Part shown: positions 51,341 through 64,000 of the stretch, one piece after another
How the letters are laid out: each line of letters opens with the position of its first letter
Position numbering within the stretch: position 1 is the first letter of the stretch
From: Hydrolagus colliei
Lineage: Eukaryota
DNA length: 64,000 nucleotides
Assembly: GCA_035084275.1 (NCBI GenBank)
Contig: CM068756.1
Span: forward strand, 5,580,001-5,644,000
Direction of reading: 5' to 3'
Position numbers and translations under genes: made by a program
Notes under the pieces: generated by a model
What the model was told of the DNA's origin: nothing
Seen by the model: the letters and a program-made list of their open reading frames with translations, nothing else
Database searches by the model: none

Positions 51341-53180
51341 TGGAATTGAGACTTATCCAACACTTGCAGATTTATATAAATTCATTTTATAAAGTTGATT
51401 GTATAGAATTGAACAGTGTAGCTTGTGTTCAAACCATGATTAGTGAGCTGACATTAAATAATTCACATATACAGATTTGATTAAAGTATGCCTGACTTTA
51501 ATACTATTTAATACATATTAATATACCACAGCCTCTGATATAACAATCAATGGGTCTGTCAATCCCGAATTGCTAAAAATAACTATCCCATTATTCTGCA
51601 GAGGAGAAACGAAAGTATTGCTACTTCAACAATTGAAGCATGGTACGCTCATTGTTTACAGGGTCCACACTATCTAAATGCTCTTTCTATAATACAGTTG
51701 TATTCAATCTTAAATTTTTTCTATTAAAGGTTGCAAAGACTATATCTAATGTATATGGAGATGATCTTACTGTCAAACTCTTTCGTGGAATTGTAATGCT
51801 GACTAGAAAATTGGAAACAGTTACATTGAATGGAAAAGTAACAATTCTATTGTGGATCAATTCTCATCTTCAGCTCTCAGTTTCCTAGTCTGAAATATCT
51901 GGATGACAACATTTTCCTCCTCAGCTTAAAATATTAAGTTTTTATAAAGTTGTTAGAAAAGAATGCAAGGTAAATTGATTTTGACATACCAGTTAGGTTT
52001 ATGCTTGTTTTGTTCTGAGTTTTGCTTTCTTGATTAGTCATACAAGGTTAGCCAAGCTGTACAACGTGGAAAATTATTCACAATTATCATAAATTACCGG
52101 AAGATTATTCTTGAAAATTTGAATCTTTCTGTTTTAATAATTAAAATAATTTATAAGCATTATAGTGTAATTTTGTCTTAGAGTGCGTGTCATTTAGTGC
52201 TGCTAGTCTAAATATTATTAATGAAATAGAACCTTTCTGGAGCAGTGCATATAGCAGCTTAGAGCCTGATACAACAATTTTCCTTGAAATAGACTTTGAT
52301 CACTGCAGCATTAACCAAGGCAACAACATAAAAGTCAGTTGCCCGAGGGGCACAACAAAAAATTTAATGTAGACAACATTTCTATGAGTACCTAGTGATT
52401 ACCGTTACCAAAGCTGCTGTTTTTTTTCCCCCCTGCACAGTACTTTGAACCATGTGCACAATCACAGACTATTGAAGCAAAACCCCTCCCTCCAGCAATC
52501 ACATGATCCCTAGTGTATTTATGACAAAGCTCGTAAGCAGGCCTTTTGCACAGCAGATATAATATACTTGACATAACTCCTCAATTGCAAAAATGTTGAC
52601 GACCAGTGTAGATGTATTGATTTCTTTGCTTGCTAGAAACACCGAGGTGTTTTGTAGTTGGAGAAGGGGGAAAAGGCACTGAAACAGAATTGAATCTACT
52701 TCTTGGAAGCCCAGGTTATCAAACTCATTAATCTACATGTCAAGGGGCTAGGAATGAATAATTGTGTGTAGAATTTATCTGCCAACATGATAGCTACTTT
52801 TCAGCTTTCTCTTCAGAGCTCTTTCATTGTGCCAGGCTTTAATTATTATATGCTTTGTCTCTTCTATTTCAAGTCTGTTGGGGAGGTATGGAAACATGTA
52901 CTTCAGCATTATGGAGGACATTCACTGAGCACGGTGACACAAACATAGTCTTTGCATACCAAATTATTTTTTTTCTTTCTGAAGATTAATGTCTTCAAGG
53001 TTTTGTATTTAGAAATATTTTCTTAATAATTCATCCTTTGTTTTCTGTACGTCCCTCATCTATGTGGCAACATATTTACTGCCCCCCTTTTTTTTTACTA
53101 ATACTGTATAATCATTGCTTACTATTAAAAATATATGCAGTGTCTGTTATAAATATATTGTGTATATATTAGTGATAGAT

Positions 53181-53479
53181 GTCCTACAGCTCAGTGGTTA
53201 GAGCACTCGCCTTATAAGCATGGACCTGTGTTCACATCCAGGCAGGGCGAAACCTTGGGCAAGTTTCCTTACTCCACATGCCTAATAATAATCCTTCAAA
53301 AAAAACTATAATAAATTGGTCATTTAAATCCACGACTGTTTGTGGGACACTGCTGTGCATAATTGGCTGCCACGTTTCGCCCACAAATATACTATCAATT
53401 CACTTTACAGTATGTTCTTTGAAGAGCTTTGAGAAGTCTAGAAGATGTGAAAAGCGCTGTATCAAATGCAAGGATTATT
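53181..53479 (+). mobile_element. Full-length tRNA-derived Deu-type SINE
   Basis: gtcctacagctcagtggttagagcactcgcc head, core and ggattatta tail. Confidence 0.93.
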
Positions 53480-53707
53480 ATACGTACAGTTTTAACACAG
53501 GAATGGAATTAAATATGAAAGAAAATACTCTGCAATTGTGTTCATTTACATTGCAGTGCTCTAGTGATTAGTAAGAGCGCATAAATATTACCATCTTCAC
53601 CGCTTAGCCTTAAAGCACCACTTTCCTCTGTTTTTCACTGTGACTGAGAATTTAAGAAAATAGTGTGGTTTATACAGCTTATCCTTCTCGGGACATTAAG
53701 AAATTTG

Positions 53708-53811
53708 TAAAACAAAACAGAAATCGCTGGGAACACTCAGCCGATCAGGCAGCATCTATGGAGAAAGGAAAGTGAGTCAACTTTTCGGGGGTCCACGACC
53801 CTTCGTCAGAA
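53708..53811 (-). mobile_element. Penelope-like element terminal-repeat remnant carrying a hammerhead-like core
   Basis: rc TTCTGACGAAGGGTCGTGGACCCCCGAAAAGTTGACTC...ATAGATGCTGCCTGATCGGCTGAGTGTTCCCAGCGATTTCTGTTTTG resembles a recalled abundant chondrichthyan Penelope-associated repeat. Confidence 0.7.
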
Positions 53812-54376
53812 TTAAGGAATCCATGCAGCATTCTACAGAATATTTGTACAGATCTGTAAATAAATATAAAATGGAGATTTCATCATAATAAACCAAAGTC
53901 TTAAACGAGTTGATATTTTTCGTGCCTTGCTAAATGAGAACAGGGATAAATTGAAAATAATGCTAAGTTATTCATTTTTTTCATTTGGTTTTAGATGTTA
54001 AAATCAATATTATGATGTTGTCTTAAACTTTTTGGTAGGTGTCTGATAAATGTGGAAACCCATCAGTATGCTTAAGAATATCCAAACCAACTGAGAATTC
54101 CATGCATCCCACCTACACATGGAAATTCCAGACATAGATTCCCCCACCCATCAGAAATGGACAACAAAAATTGTGCTTCTGTGAAGGTTGCAAGCACTAC
54201 TTCTGCTTTGTCAGCTTCATTTGTGATGTGTTCATAATTAAATGGCCAACAATCTCATAGTATACAGACCACATTGGGGTCATAATTGCTAACCCTAGAG
54301 AAATGTAATATTTCAGCACCTGGCTGGGTTGGACAAACACAGATTGTTGATGATAATGACAGGTAAATCAGAAGGG

Positions 54377-54632
54377 TGTGAGCATGGTGTAGATGGTGGC
54401 ATTCCCACTTCTGCGTCAGAAGTTGCGTCAACCTGGAATATCAAGGATTTGGAGTTCATAGTTTAGGCTGACTATACAATTGCTGGGGAGGCCCTGGTTT
54501 GTCAGATGAGACACTAATGGTCTTGTGTGCTGATTCAACAATCCATGATACAATTAAGACTTTTGCCATCGTATCTTAGCCAAATTCTAATGTAATACAG
54601 TGATATATATATATAATGCAAGAATTATTATT
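54377..54632 (+). mobile_element. Highly diverged SacSINE1-like SINE
   Basis: ggtggcattcccacttctgcgtcagaag head, taggctgac, cagatgagacactaa, tgcaagaattattatt tail. Confidence 0.55.
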
Positions 54633-56155
54633 GTGGGTGAGGTTTGTGCATAGTAGCTGTAACTGCATAGCATTTGTTGGTTTTCCGCTAAGGAAATTTC
54701 CTTTTCTTTATCAATGCCAGTAATTCTTTAGTTCGAAGGCAAGACTTAAATTTCAGTTGAAATAGTGGATTTTACTTTGAAGAAAATAGGCATTTAAATC
54801 AATGGATTACGCTGGCGTGATGGAGAAGCACCCTAATTGTATCCAATAGAGATACAGTAGTTCTCAGTCCAGGCCTGTATGATTTTGCTACTGTCATCGA
54901 ACAACTACTAGCAAGTAGTGACATCAGCCCCCAGAGAGTTTAGGGATTTGAACTTGCTGGAATTAGGCCTGACTGCATAAAGGTGAATTACATGACATGG
55001 GCTTTGGATGACTGGTTTATCTACTTGCAATGTTACTTCAGCAATCAGATTTCCTATTAAGCTTGTTACTGAGGGTTCTGGGGTCAAACGTGTGTCAGCT
55101 GATATGTCTGAATGTGAGTGATATCCAAATAAGCGAAGGATTGTGGGTGAAATAATGGCACAAAATGAGGAGAGCCCTCTCTCTCTTTTTTGCTTCAGCC
55201 GAATTCAGCAGAATTGATGGTGGGAGAAAACATGTAAGGTTTAAAATTGAAAGTATCTAGGGATTTGGTATACATAATAAACATAGCTGTGTAATACTGT
55301 CATAAAGCTTTCATTCTGGGTAGTGGTTTTACTGCTATTGTGTCACATCTGCTACAATCACTTTTCATGTTTACAGCTGTAGAATAACACATTAACCCCA
55401 TCACTAGCATAAAGCCACATCTCGGTTTGAAGAAAATATCTCCTAGATCACAGTAACCTAGGTTGCTATTTCACACAGTGCCCGCAATAAGAGATTTTTA
55501 CCTTTGTGACATTTTGTGAAAAATCTGCATGCAAAATAGCTGCAATTCAATAGGGAATTTAGGACAATTATAACACTACAGTGTCAATGGTATAACAGAC
55601 AATAGAAACATTCAAAGACAGCCACAATTTAATGCTTTACTGAGAAATTGTGTGTAATTAACCAGCAAAAGGGTTTAAAAATGTACAAAGAATACAGCTG
55701 ACATTTTATTGCAATTAGAGTATGAGCCTTTTTTTTCCACTTTATTTTTATTTGGGTATTTGAATTCCTTTTTGTTTTATACCCTAACCTTCATCTGACT
55801 GGCTTTATATCTCCAGGCAAGAGTGCTTGGCTTGTTTTGAGGCTGCGCCAGTACCTCATGTAGCCAGGAGATACCAGGGGCAAATCTCTCCACTTCCATT
55901 CCTTCCTCCCATTTAACATCTTCCCTCTTGACACAGATCCAATTGGAAACCATAGCAGAGCAGGACTCAAATCCACGTCTAACCCCATTAAGTTACAGGA
56001 GAAAGGAGCAGGCGGTTCTATAATATTTAAGATGATACTGATTTTGTTTATTTTGCGATTGCAACAATGGATTTAAAAATAGTTATGGTGACAGAATTAA
56101 AGCTGTCCCATATTCAATCAAAATTCAAATGCATCTTTGTTAATGGTTTAACCAG

Positions 56156-56342
56156 TGCAAATATTATAGCGCTTTTCACGTCTACTAGACATCTCAGAGC
56201 GCTTCACAGAATATATTGTAAATTGAATTGACTGTATATTTGTGGGCAAAATGCGACAGCCAATTGCGCAGTATCGCACAAACAGTCGTGGATTGAAACT
56301 GACCAATTTTATTATTGTGCTTTTTATGGAGGGATCATTATT
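56156..56342 (-). mobile_element. 3' two-thirds of Deu-type SINE
   Basis: gcgcttcacagaatatattgtaaa...cagccaattgcgca...tgaccaattt. Confidence 0.9.
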
Positions 56343-56477
56343 AAAGGTGGCCATAACTTGTTTCCATCATTAAGTGTCTTTTCTTGTTTTGTTTTTGTTT
56401 ACTTTTTACTTGAACAATATTGTGCACCAATCTGACATTTTTCTCAGTTCAAATAATGCAATGGAATAAGGCTTTTA

Positions 56478-56590
56478 AATAATAATAATCCTTGCAGTTG
56501 ATATAATACCTTATAACTTTGATGAGATGTCTCAAAGCACTTCATAGAATATATTGTAAAGTGGATTGACTGTGTGCTTGTGTGGGCAAA
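56478..56590 (-). mobile_element. SINE 3' tail (left arm of inverted pair)
   Basis: aataataataatccttgca...gatgtctcaaagcacttcatagaatatattgtaaagtg. Confidence 0.85.
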
Positions 56591-56694
56591 GTAAGTCAAT
56601 CAATTCTTGTATCAGTAATTTCACAGAGACCAAACAAATTGGTCTCTAATAACAAAAAGTTATTAGCCTTCCTTGTATAGCTTTTAGATTAGAT

Positions 56695-56826
56695 TTGGGA
56701 CTTTGTTGTGTGCAAATTGGCTGCTGCAATTTGCCTTCAAAGTACACAGTCACTTCCATTTACCATATATCCTGTGAAGCACTTTGAAGCATCCGCCTGA
56801 TGTGAAAGTTGCTGTATCAAATAGAT
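56695..56826 (+). mobile_element. Diverged SINE 3' half (right arm of inverted pair)
   Basis: gggactttgttgtgtgcaaattggctgc core through tgtgaaagttgctgtatcaaat. Confidence 0.8.
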
Positions 56827-57822
56827 TCTTGATTTGAATCCTAAAATTATGTTCTCTTATTACCGCAGAATTATTTTATAGCTGCTATTCTCAGTAGGAT
56901 AGGTAAAGCAAGGGCTATGGTGAGGCAACTATTTAAGGACACTGTTGGGAGAGCACTGAGAAATAGATGGACATAATGTTGATGATAACTTTTAAAGCAT
57001 AGGTTTAAGCAGTGAAATAAATGCAGCAGATTGCACATTGAGCAAAGGCTTGTGTCAGTAGGAGGTGAAACCAAGCGCTAAAACAATCATTTGTAGAATT
57101 TTTTTTAAAAGCCCCTCAACTTCATTATTGCCACTCAATTAGTTGTTATCTAATGAAAGATTGGAAAAAGAGAAAATATCATCATCCAATAAAATGGTTG
57201 CTCATTTTATTTTGTCTGATCACAATTGGAGTTGATAAATATTAATGAGTTGATACTAAATTATGCATACAGATTGGAACCTCATAGGTTGGGATGCGTT
57301 TTAAAGCTGTACTGAACTCTATTGAAAAGTGAAACTGGCGTCTAAATTGTGAGTTGTGTAAATCATGTGTAAACTCAGGATCATAGATAATTACTGATGC
57401 ATTTAATTATACAATTAGTGGCCAATGGCAAAGATTATAGATGCACACACAATCAGGTTCACTAGTTGATCACCTAATTAAAGAGTACCAAATACAGTAG
57501 GTGTTTACCCAAAGGTTTACATAGGGGATGGCCAATTTGTGGCACCATTTGCAAATTAGACTTCAATATGGTGAAAATATCATTCAAAAAAGGGTAGCTA
57601 GATAATGGCAAATAATATGTTTTAGTATCTAAAATTTCAAGTGCCCCAATTTCAATCTACTATCCCTGCTGTCAAAGTAATAATGAATGCCACCACTTCA
57701 AGGAAACTTTTGCACAGTTCTTTGATCGGAGTAAAGGTAAGTAAGGAAGCAATATGTAATTCCCCCATGGTAAAAATAGTGATAGTTTTACAATGATATT
57801 TGAGCTAAGGAACGTTTCTTAT

Positions 57823-58445
57823 TTGACCACCATACTGGGCATTCACATGTGATATCCTCCGTTGAGCATCACTGATCATCTGATTCAATGAAAAAATTGC
57901 AATTGAGGTCTACCATCAGCTTGGCTTTGGCTGAATTCAGTCCATCACATTGAAGATCTTGGAGAAGTTAAAGAAATGGCATGGAATTGTTGCCTTCTTT
58001 CCAACTGTTGATTTGCATCTTTGTGGAATGCGATGAGCCCGTGATCCCTTTGGAACAGTTCTTTGACCATTCCCTTCAACACAAATAGATGTACCACAGT
58101 ATTTTTTGGGGGGGCAAATTTCGAAGATAAATTCCTAGACAAGTGACAAGAATGAACCAGTTGTGAAAATGTTTGGATCCGCCATGACCTTTACACCTAA
58201 AGCAGGACAGTTCTATTCAGCGAGGACATCCTCAATGCGCTATTATTTGACAAACTTCAATAATTGCCCCCCTGAAGAACTTCACCTATCCTTAGACACT
58301 ACTCTTCTGTTAGTCCTAGACTTGACATTTTGGCCCTGTGGATCCTTTCGCTGATATAAGGCCTTTTGCTGAGAGTCCTTTTGCTTGAGTGTCATAACCT
58401 CTCGTCTGTCCTGCTTTTCCACAGAAAGGATGGTGACAACACTTG
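57823..58445 (-). mobile_element. PIF/Harbinger (HARBI1-like DDE) transposase relic, N-terminal two-thirds, with stops and frameshifts
   Basis: Colinear minus-strand blocks LSKRPYISERIHRAKMSSLGLTEE*CLR / FRGAIIEVCQII / GVKVMADPNIFTTGSF / ELFQRDHGLIAFHKDANQQLERRQQFHAIS / FSKIFNVMD / FSLNQMISDAQRRISHVNAQYGG follow the recalled HARBI1-like motif order. Confidence 0.8.
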
Positions 58446-60562
58446 CTGTCCTTTTTTTAGGTTGGATGAAGTATTCATCTCATTAATGTCCACCTGACAT
58501 ATGCACAGACGTTTAAGTATTTGAAAACTGCACTGTGGCTCCATTTAATTGGACCTAGCCACTCATTAATGGCCTTAATTGCTGCTTCTCTAACCCATTG
58601 CTGATGGTTTAAAGCTATGTTGGAATCTGGGAACTTCCATTTACAATGCAAGCCTGTTTCCTGGTGTTTCATATTTGTCTGTCCAGGTGTTACCAGACCA
58701 AAGGCAAAACTATCTGAAATCTCACTCGATACAACTTGTTAGATAACACATCTGCTCAATCAGTCTTTTCCTGTTGCTGACAATTGCTGATAACGAACCT
58801 AGAAAAAAGTGCCGCAGCACTACAGATTGATTGAATTGATAATTATGTTAAATTTCCCCATGGGATAATGCACTCTTATTTTATTAATACGTGACATTAT
58901 CTCGACTATTATTAAATGTATTAATTTTAAACAGCTTTTCTCCATTTGTTTGAAGAAACATCAAAATATAAACTGCAACTTAACTAGTTTCTTGTTTACT
59001 AATGGGAAAAACTAACATTTATTTAGTCAATAAGGTCTTTAAAGAATAGAGGAAATCGCCTAGCTGCATATTCTCCTGAATCTGTTATGTCATAGCTAAG
59101 AGGCATTTCTTGTAGTTAGGCAGGACGAGAAACACTTTCCTGGGTAAAAGAATACTCACTGCTAGACTTGATGTATATGTAGAGTGGCTGTTCATTATAT
59201 CTCTCTGTCTGCATTAAGTATGCACATCTGCATATCAGCTGTCATTGTCAGCTGCTATCTTATCATTTAGGCATCCAGTGCTTTGTGCATCCTGTGGTTT
59301 TAGACTAGCTCTAGGGGATGTAAAGCACCTCTTTAGCCTGTTATAATTTATAGTCAAAAGGTCTTTGCTCATGTCAAGCCAAATCTATTTGGTTGCCTTT
59401 GAGGATTGGGGGGCCTTTTCACAGGTGTTTAAAAGGAGGGCACTAGTGTAAAACACAGGCTTTTTTTTCTTTTCTATATATGTATAATTTCTTGTTCTAT
59501 CACTTGGTTACAAATGGTGCACGTGAATATTTTAGACAATGCTCAATACTTGTGGTCACTGCTTCCCTACCACAAACTTATTTTTTCCACTCACTGAACA
59601 ACAGAACATCAGTTCTCTGTGCAGTGGAATAATACATGGTCAGAAAGTTTAATATGGAGTGAAAAATGACAACTACAACTATAGCGCCCTTCGCAAGTTG
59701 CAAAGGTGTGGAAAATTCTCAAATTCAATCGTAAGTTGGAAGATTTTTGTTTAAAAAGCTACAGCCATAAGCTTTCACATTAAGACTGAAATTTGTGTTT
59801 CTTAAATCTTAAGACACAAGGTTCTCTTAAAGTTAAGACAACAACAAAATACATTTCTATCTCACCTTCCAAGGTGCTGGACAGTCAGACCATATGGAAA
59901 CGTGGGGAGCTGATGTTAAGGACAGGTATTAGTGAATAAGCACGGTGATTGTAAAAAGAAAAGCATTGCCATCCTGAAGAAAAGATTCATGCTCTTCCTT
60001 TTGGACCAGGGTGAAGAACCAGGTGGTCCTGGAAATCCACCATCGGCTGCAGGAGATTTGCACGAGAGAACAGTTCAACTCTTCTTTCCGAAATGGAGTG
60101 CACTTGATTTTAAAAAAACTTACAGAAAGTTTGGTGTTTTTTTAAATTTCTTCCTTGAGCTAAAGTTTGTTTCCTGCAATGCGAGCTGACATTCAATTTT
60201 CCTTACAGTTCTGATGTGAATTTGTTCTATACACTGCAGAAATGAAAGACTTGGCAGGACAAGTTCAGCCATGGTAATCTTAATAATTTATTTTGAGTGA
60301 AGTGTAATTTGATGTGTATGCTAAGTGTGTTCTCTGAGTGCCTCACGTGTATCGTGTAGCTTCTTGTTGAGTGATTGTCTCTCTGTTATGCTCCTCAAGT
60401 TGCATAAGCAACAATATTGGGGTGGGGGAGGGAGCAAATGAGGGAGTGGTGATGATACAGAAGAGCCTCGATTTGCACATACAACTATATCAGAACATGT
60501 TTTAGTGCCAATACTTAATAGCATTACAGGTAACAGTGGCCTTTGTGCTTTTAGAACGGGGG

Positions 60563-60620
60563 CAAGTCATTAATGGGCTGAACAGCCAGTTTCTTTGCTG
60601 TGAAATTCTCTGGTTCCATG
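60563..60620 (+). mobile_element. CR1-type 3' tail remnant
   Basis: aatgggctgaacagccagtttctttgctgtgaaattctctggttccatg resembles the CR1/HE1 tail. Confidence 0.5.
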
Positions 60621-61139
60621 TGGAATCCTGACCTCTAAGCGGGACACATACAAAAATGATTCGCACATTGCTTGATGCACTTTGTTGTAATGTAGAAGAT
60701 TTTAAAAAGCAAAATATCTTTATAATGATTTTACAAAATTTTTAGGAATGAATTGAGCGCACAACTGGCTCTCAGGGCAATGCAGACTGCATGGAGATGG
60801 TGACAAAAAGATGAGATTGAATGCTTTTCATGGCTAATTAAGTGTAGTAACTATTCATGGGCAAACATACCACTATGTTTTTGCGCAGAAGAAGGTTCCA
60901 CAAATAGCCATAAAGGGAATCATTCACTTATAGGATTGTAAATTACTGCATTAGGGGACCAGAAAATCAGTTTCTAGAATAGAATTAGTCTTGGAACTAT
61001 ATCCCCAAATTAAACTTCCAGCTCCAAGTGTATGAAATTTGTAAAGCCATAACTACTTGATCCAAAATTCAGAACTGAAGGTGACAAATATTTAATTCCT
61101 GAGTGATTCAGAGTCTCTTTTTATCTAATGCTCAGAAAC

Positions 61140-62045
61140 GTTATCGATCTACATTTCCTCTTGCAATGTCAACTCCCCAAGACAAACAGATATTATTGCA
61201 GTTTAAAGACCCCTTTGACTCTGTCTACAGTTCCTGGCACTGTATTTTGAGCATCCTCCACATTCAGTTTATTCAGGCTACATGTGTGGTTACTACTCTT
61301 TCTCTGATTTGATGTCCATTCCATCCAAGCCATCTTTTTGATAACACTAAACTTCATAATGACTATGTCTGCCACAATAATTACAAATTATGCAATCTTA
61401 AACATAATATATGCTGCTGGCCTACTCCTACCTTTTTCCTTGAAGCCACTGATGCCAAATTAAATTTGGACATTGTTTGTGACAGGTCATCCACTTTAGT
61501 CAAACCATCAACTCAATGTCACTTGATAGAAATGTGGTTGCAATCTGTTCTCTTACGTGCAGTATAATTGGATTCAAATTCCGCTCCTCAGTTTAGAGGC
61601 TGCTCTAGTTGGGAACTGTTCTTGTACTGTACTAATGTCTCTCTCGTGGCTGCCAGTATGTCTGGGTATGCTTCAAAGCATAACTCATGGAGAGCAAAAG
61701 GAAAAGCTTCAAACAGCGCACCTGGATTTTGCTTACTGGAACGAAATCCAGTACCATACACTTTATCAACCCTTCCCCCACGCATCTTGGTAAATATACT
61801 GCTGTTAGTTTCATAGTGATGTGCATTGCACATTACAGTGAAACGCACACATCGTTTCCTTGCTGGAACTGGTGACAGCCATTTTGCAGCTCCATATGTG
61901 ATTTGTGTGGTGCCCTGAATACATACAGTATTTTCTGATCTAATTGCATAAAACTCCAGCCTTGCCCTGGACAAGAATACCTTATCATTTGAGACTGCAT
62001 TCACTGAGAGATAAGTCTAGCTCTTTCTGGCAAGAATGGGTATGA
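61140..62045 (-). mobile_element. Eroded PIF/Harbinger transposase relic (includes ORF-track 61588-62004 and 61193-61375)
   Basis: ILARKS*TYL..RARLEFYAI..CIQGTTQI..RKRC..VMCNAH..TKMRGGRVD..LFEA, then a downstream block AD..KMAWM..TVDRVKGVFKLQ; order matches EFYAIA/IDGTHI/NRKG/ICDA/RWPGSxHD/GD/VERxxGVLK. Confidence 0.6.
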
Positions 62046-62325
62046 ATTGGCAGCTCGCTTCATCTGTGTGACTACCTGTATTTTATTTGTAGATGTGCTG
62101 TTATTATCATGAATATTCCCCCCTCTACCCTGGTCGGCACTACATCAATATGAAGCACTCCAAGAAGTTATACTACATGACGAATGCTAAATAAATGCAA
62201 GTTGTTTTTGAATACACTTGGAACCAAAAGCTAGATGGATGTTACAGATTCTAATGGAACCGTGAGAATCCATTCTCACAAGAATGGAAGAACAGCATAA
62301 CTGCTCGAAAAGTAGAAGACGCTCC

Positions 62326-62405
62326 TAATAATAATCCTTGCATTTGATACCGCGCCTTCAAGACGTCTCAAAGCGCTTCTCAGAATATACTGTAAAGTGC
62401 AATGA
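62326..62405 (-). mobile_element. SINE 3' tail
   Basis: taataataatccttgcatttgataccgcgccttcaagacgtctcaaagcgcttc. Confidence 0.87.
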
Positions 62406-63679
62406 TGTTTTATCTCTGCTTCCATCGCTCTCTTTCCCTGTTTATCCAGGGGATGCTTTCCTATGGGGGGGTGGGTGGAGGGGTCCACATCAGAAACCAG
62501 GTTTCACTCCACTTTGCACACATTAGCTCCACATGATTTGCCAGATAACAGTTCTGCTCACTCAGCCTATTCATCTGTCAATCATAATTACTGACAACAA
62601 ATTTTAAACATTACCTCTAAATTGCCAGAATCCTAGCAGGGTGCGGAGCTGCAAGCAAGACACTAGTGGATGAGATGACATGGAAACTGACAGATTGGAA
62701 TTAAGGAGAAAGCAAGGCAACAATTAGCGAATAGAGTTTTCTTAATCTTATTATGTTCTTTTTTTGAAAAATAAGAGTAATTTCTTGAATGGGTACAGTT
62801 GATTGCTGGCTTTCTAATTTTATTCATAAAAATGAAATATTCCAAAAGCAAGAAAACATGCAGCAATGGTGTTTTAGGGCTATGATTAGATGCCAATTAT
62901 TATACACATACACTAGTTTGCTTAACATTCAGCAATTGACACCAGAAAAATGTGAGGTTTAATGATAATTTATGGATTACATCGAAGAGTGGTGCAATGT
63001 TGAGTTTACAAGTAAACGAGCAGTATTTAAATTAGATGCTAAAAGTGTATAACATAACCAGCAATGTATTTATATTTCCAATCTACAACAGTTTACCGCT
63101 TTATATCCTTTCTTCAGGTAGAAAGCAGGGTAAATGATTGCAGAATGTTCCATACCTTCCCCGGCCCAGCCATGGTTAATGAGATGTGTTTTCATGGGGT
63201 GAGCTGGAGAGAGTGTCACTTTTTCATTAAGATATGACAGCCCACACAGTAAACCAGAAATGAACTGAAGAAACGCATTGCGAGTTATTGAGCTTGGTTG
63301 TCAGATACCAGTCACAGAAACTGCATGCATAGCACGTTGAAATGAGACTCTGAACCGCTACAGTAGTGGACAACTACAACTGGCTAGTAACTTTGAAGTT
63401 TTGCAACATTTTCTTTTGCTAATGGTTACCTTTGAGGATCTACAATACAGTACACTACACACATGTCAAACAGTCAGCAGAGCAACAACAATTGTCTAGT
63501 AACTGTAGAAAAAATCCATTGGTTTTTTTTCTATGCACTTTACTGATTTAATTGGAAACCATGCATGTGACCCTCTCATTGTGAAATCGAATAAAGCATC
63601 TGCAAGACACGAGCCAGTAGTGCATAGAAACAGTGCGATGCAACTAGCAGTTTATGTATTATGGATTTCTCTATTACAG

Positions 63680-63831
63680 CACTGTTTAGCAGATGAATTG
63701 GCTCCCGCGTTTCACCCACAAATATACAGTCAGTTCACTTTACAGTATATTCTGTGAAGCGCTTTGAGATGTCTCGAAGACGTAATAAGGCGGATATTAA
63801 ATGCAGGGATTATTATTATTATTATTATTAT
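63680..63831 (+). mobile_element. 3' half of Deu-type SINE
   Basis: aattggctcccgcgtttcacccacaaatatacagtc...gggattattattattatt. Confidence 0.9.
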
Positions 63832-64000
63832 CTTAGGTGCCATTGAGAGAATGAATAATTACGAAATGATTGTAGTTCTGAGTTGAGAGATAATCCTGAG
63901 CTTTTGCAGCAGTGAGGTAATTTAGCAGAAAAAGCTTTCCATTACGATTCTGCATAAATGTTATGTAATTAAAAAATAAGGATTTTGAGGTTCCAGCAGC

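Noticed and set aside
52441-52532. Very strong + strand acceptor and gtaagc donor
   Set aside because: Stops in all three frames and no linked exons; at most a non-coding exon, unsupported.
53181-53250. tRNA-like sequences with A/B boxes (also ~3260-3331, 7825-7897, 23320-23389) as tRNA genes
   Set aside because: They are SINE heads: they continue into SINE body, differ at the anticodon position between copies and lack a proper acceptor stem.
59985-60045. Minus-strand GFPGPPG..PGPKG collagen-like snippet
   Set aside because: Needs a frameshift, has no proper exon boundaries and no other Gly-X-Y exons occur in the window.
1-64000. Bulk of the 60-120 aa ORF-track entries as genes
   Set aside because: Low-complexity AT-driven composition, frequent non-ATG starts, overlap with SINEs and no recognisable domains; expected by chance in this much sequence.

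Overview
AT-rich, CpG-depleted eukaryotic genomic DNA, most likely from a cartilaginous fish (possibly a holocephalan). This is inferred from recalled repeat motifs: DeuSINE/SacSINE1-like SINEs, shark-type CR1 3' tails, L2, a Penelope-type terminal repeat and Harbinger relics. No prokaryotic features (CRISPR, operons, rRNA) are visible, and most ORF-track entries look spurious. The best-supported host feature is the 3' end of a + strand spliced gene that the ORF track largely misses. It has three phase-compatible exons (4072-4095, 6281-6326, 6673-6844) encoding a hydrophobic segment plus a polar C-terminal tail; I cannot name the gene. The remaining ~57 kb is repeat-littered intergenic/intronic DNA. 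It holds about 19 copies of one tRNA-headed Deu-type SINE, L2/CR1/Rex1-like LINE fragments, up to four eroded Harbinger transposase relics and a Penelope remnant with a hammerhead-ribozyme-like core. There is also a CpG-retaining, YY1-motif promoter candidate at ~39.8-40.5 kb, a speculative minus-strand exon chain downstream of it, and one 132-nt assembly gap. I found no convincing wholly new biological system. All family assignments come from reading motifs by eye, not from database searches, and repeat boundaries are approximate.
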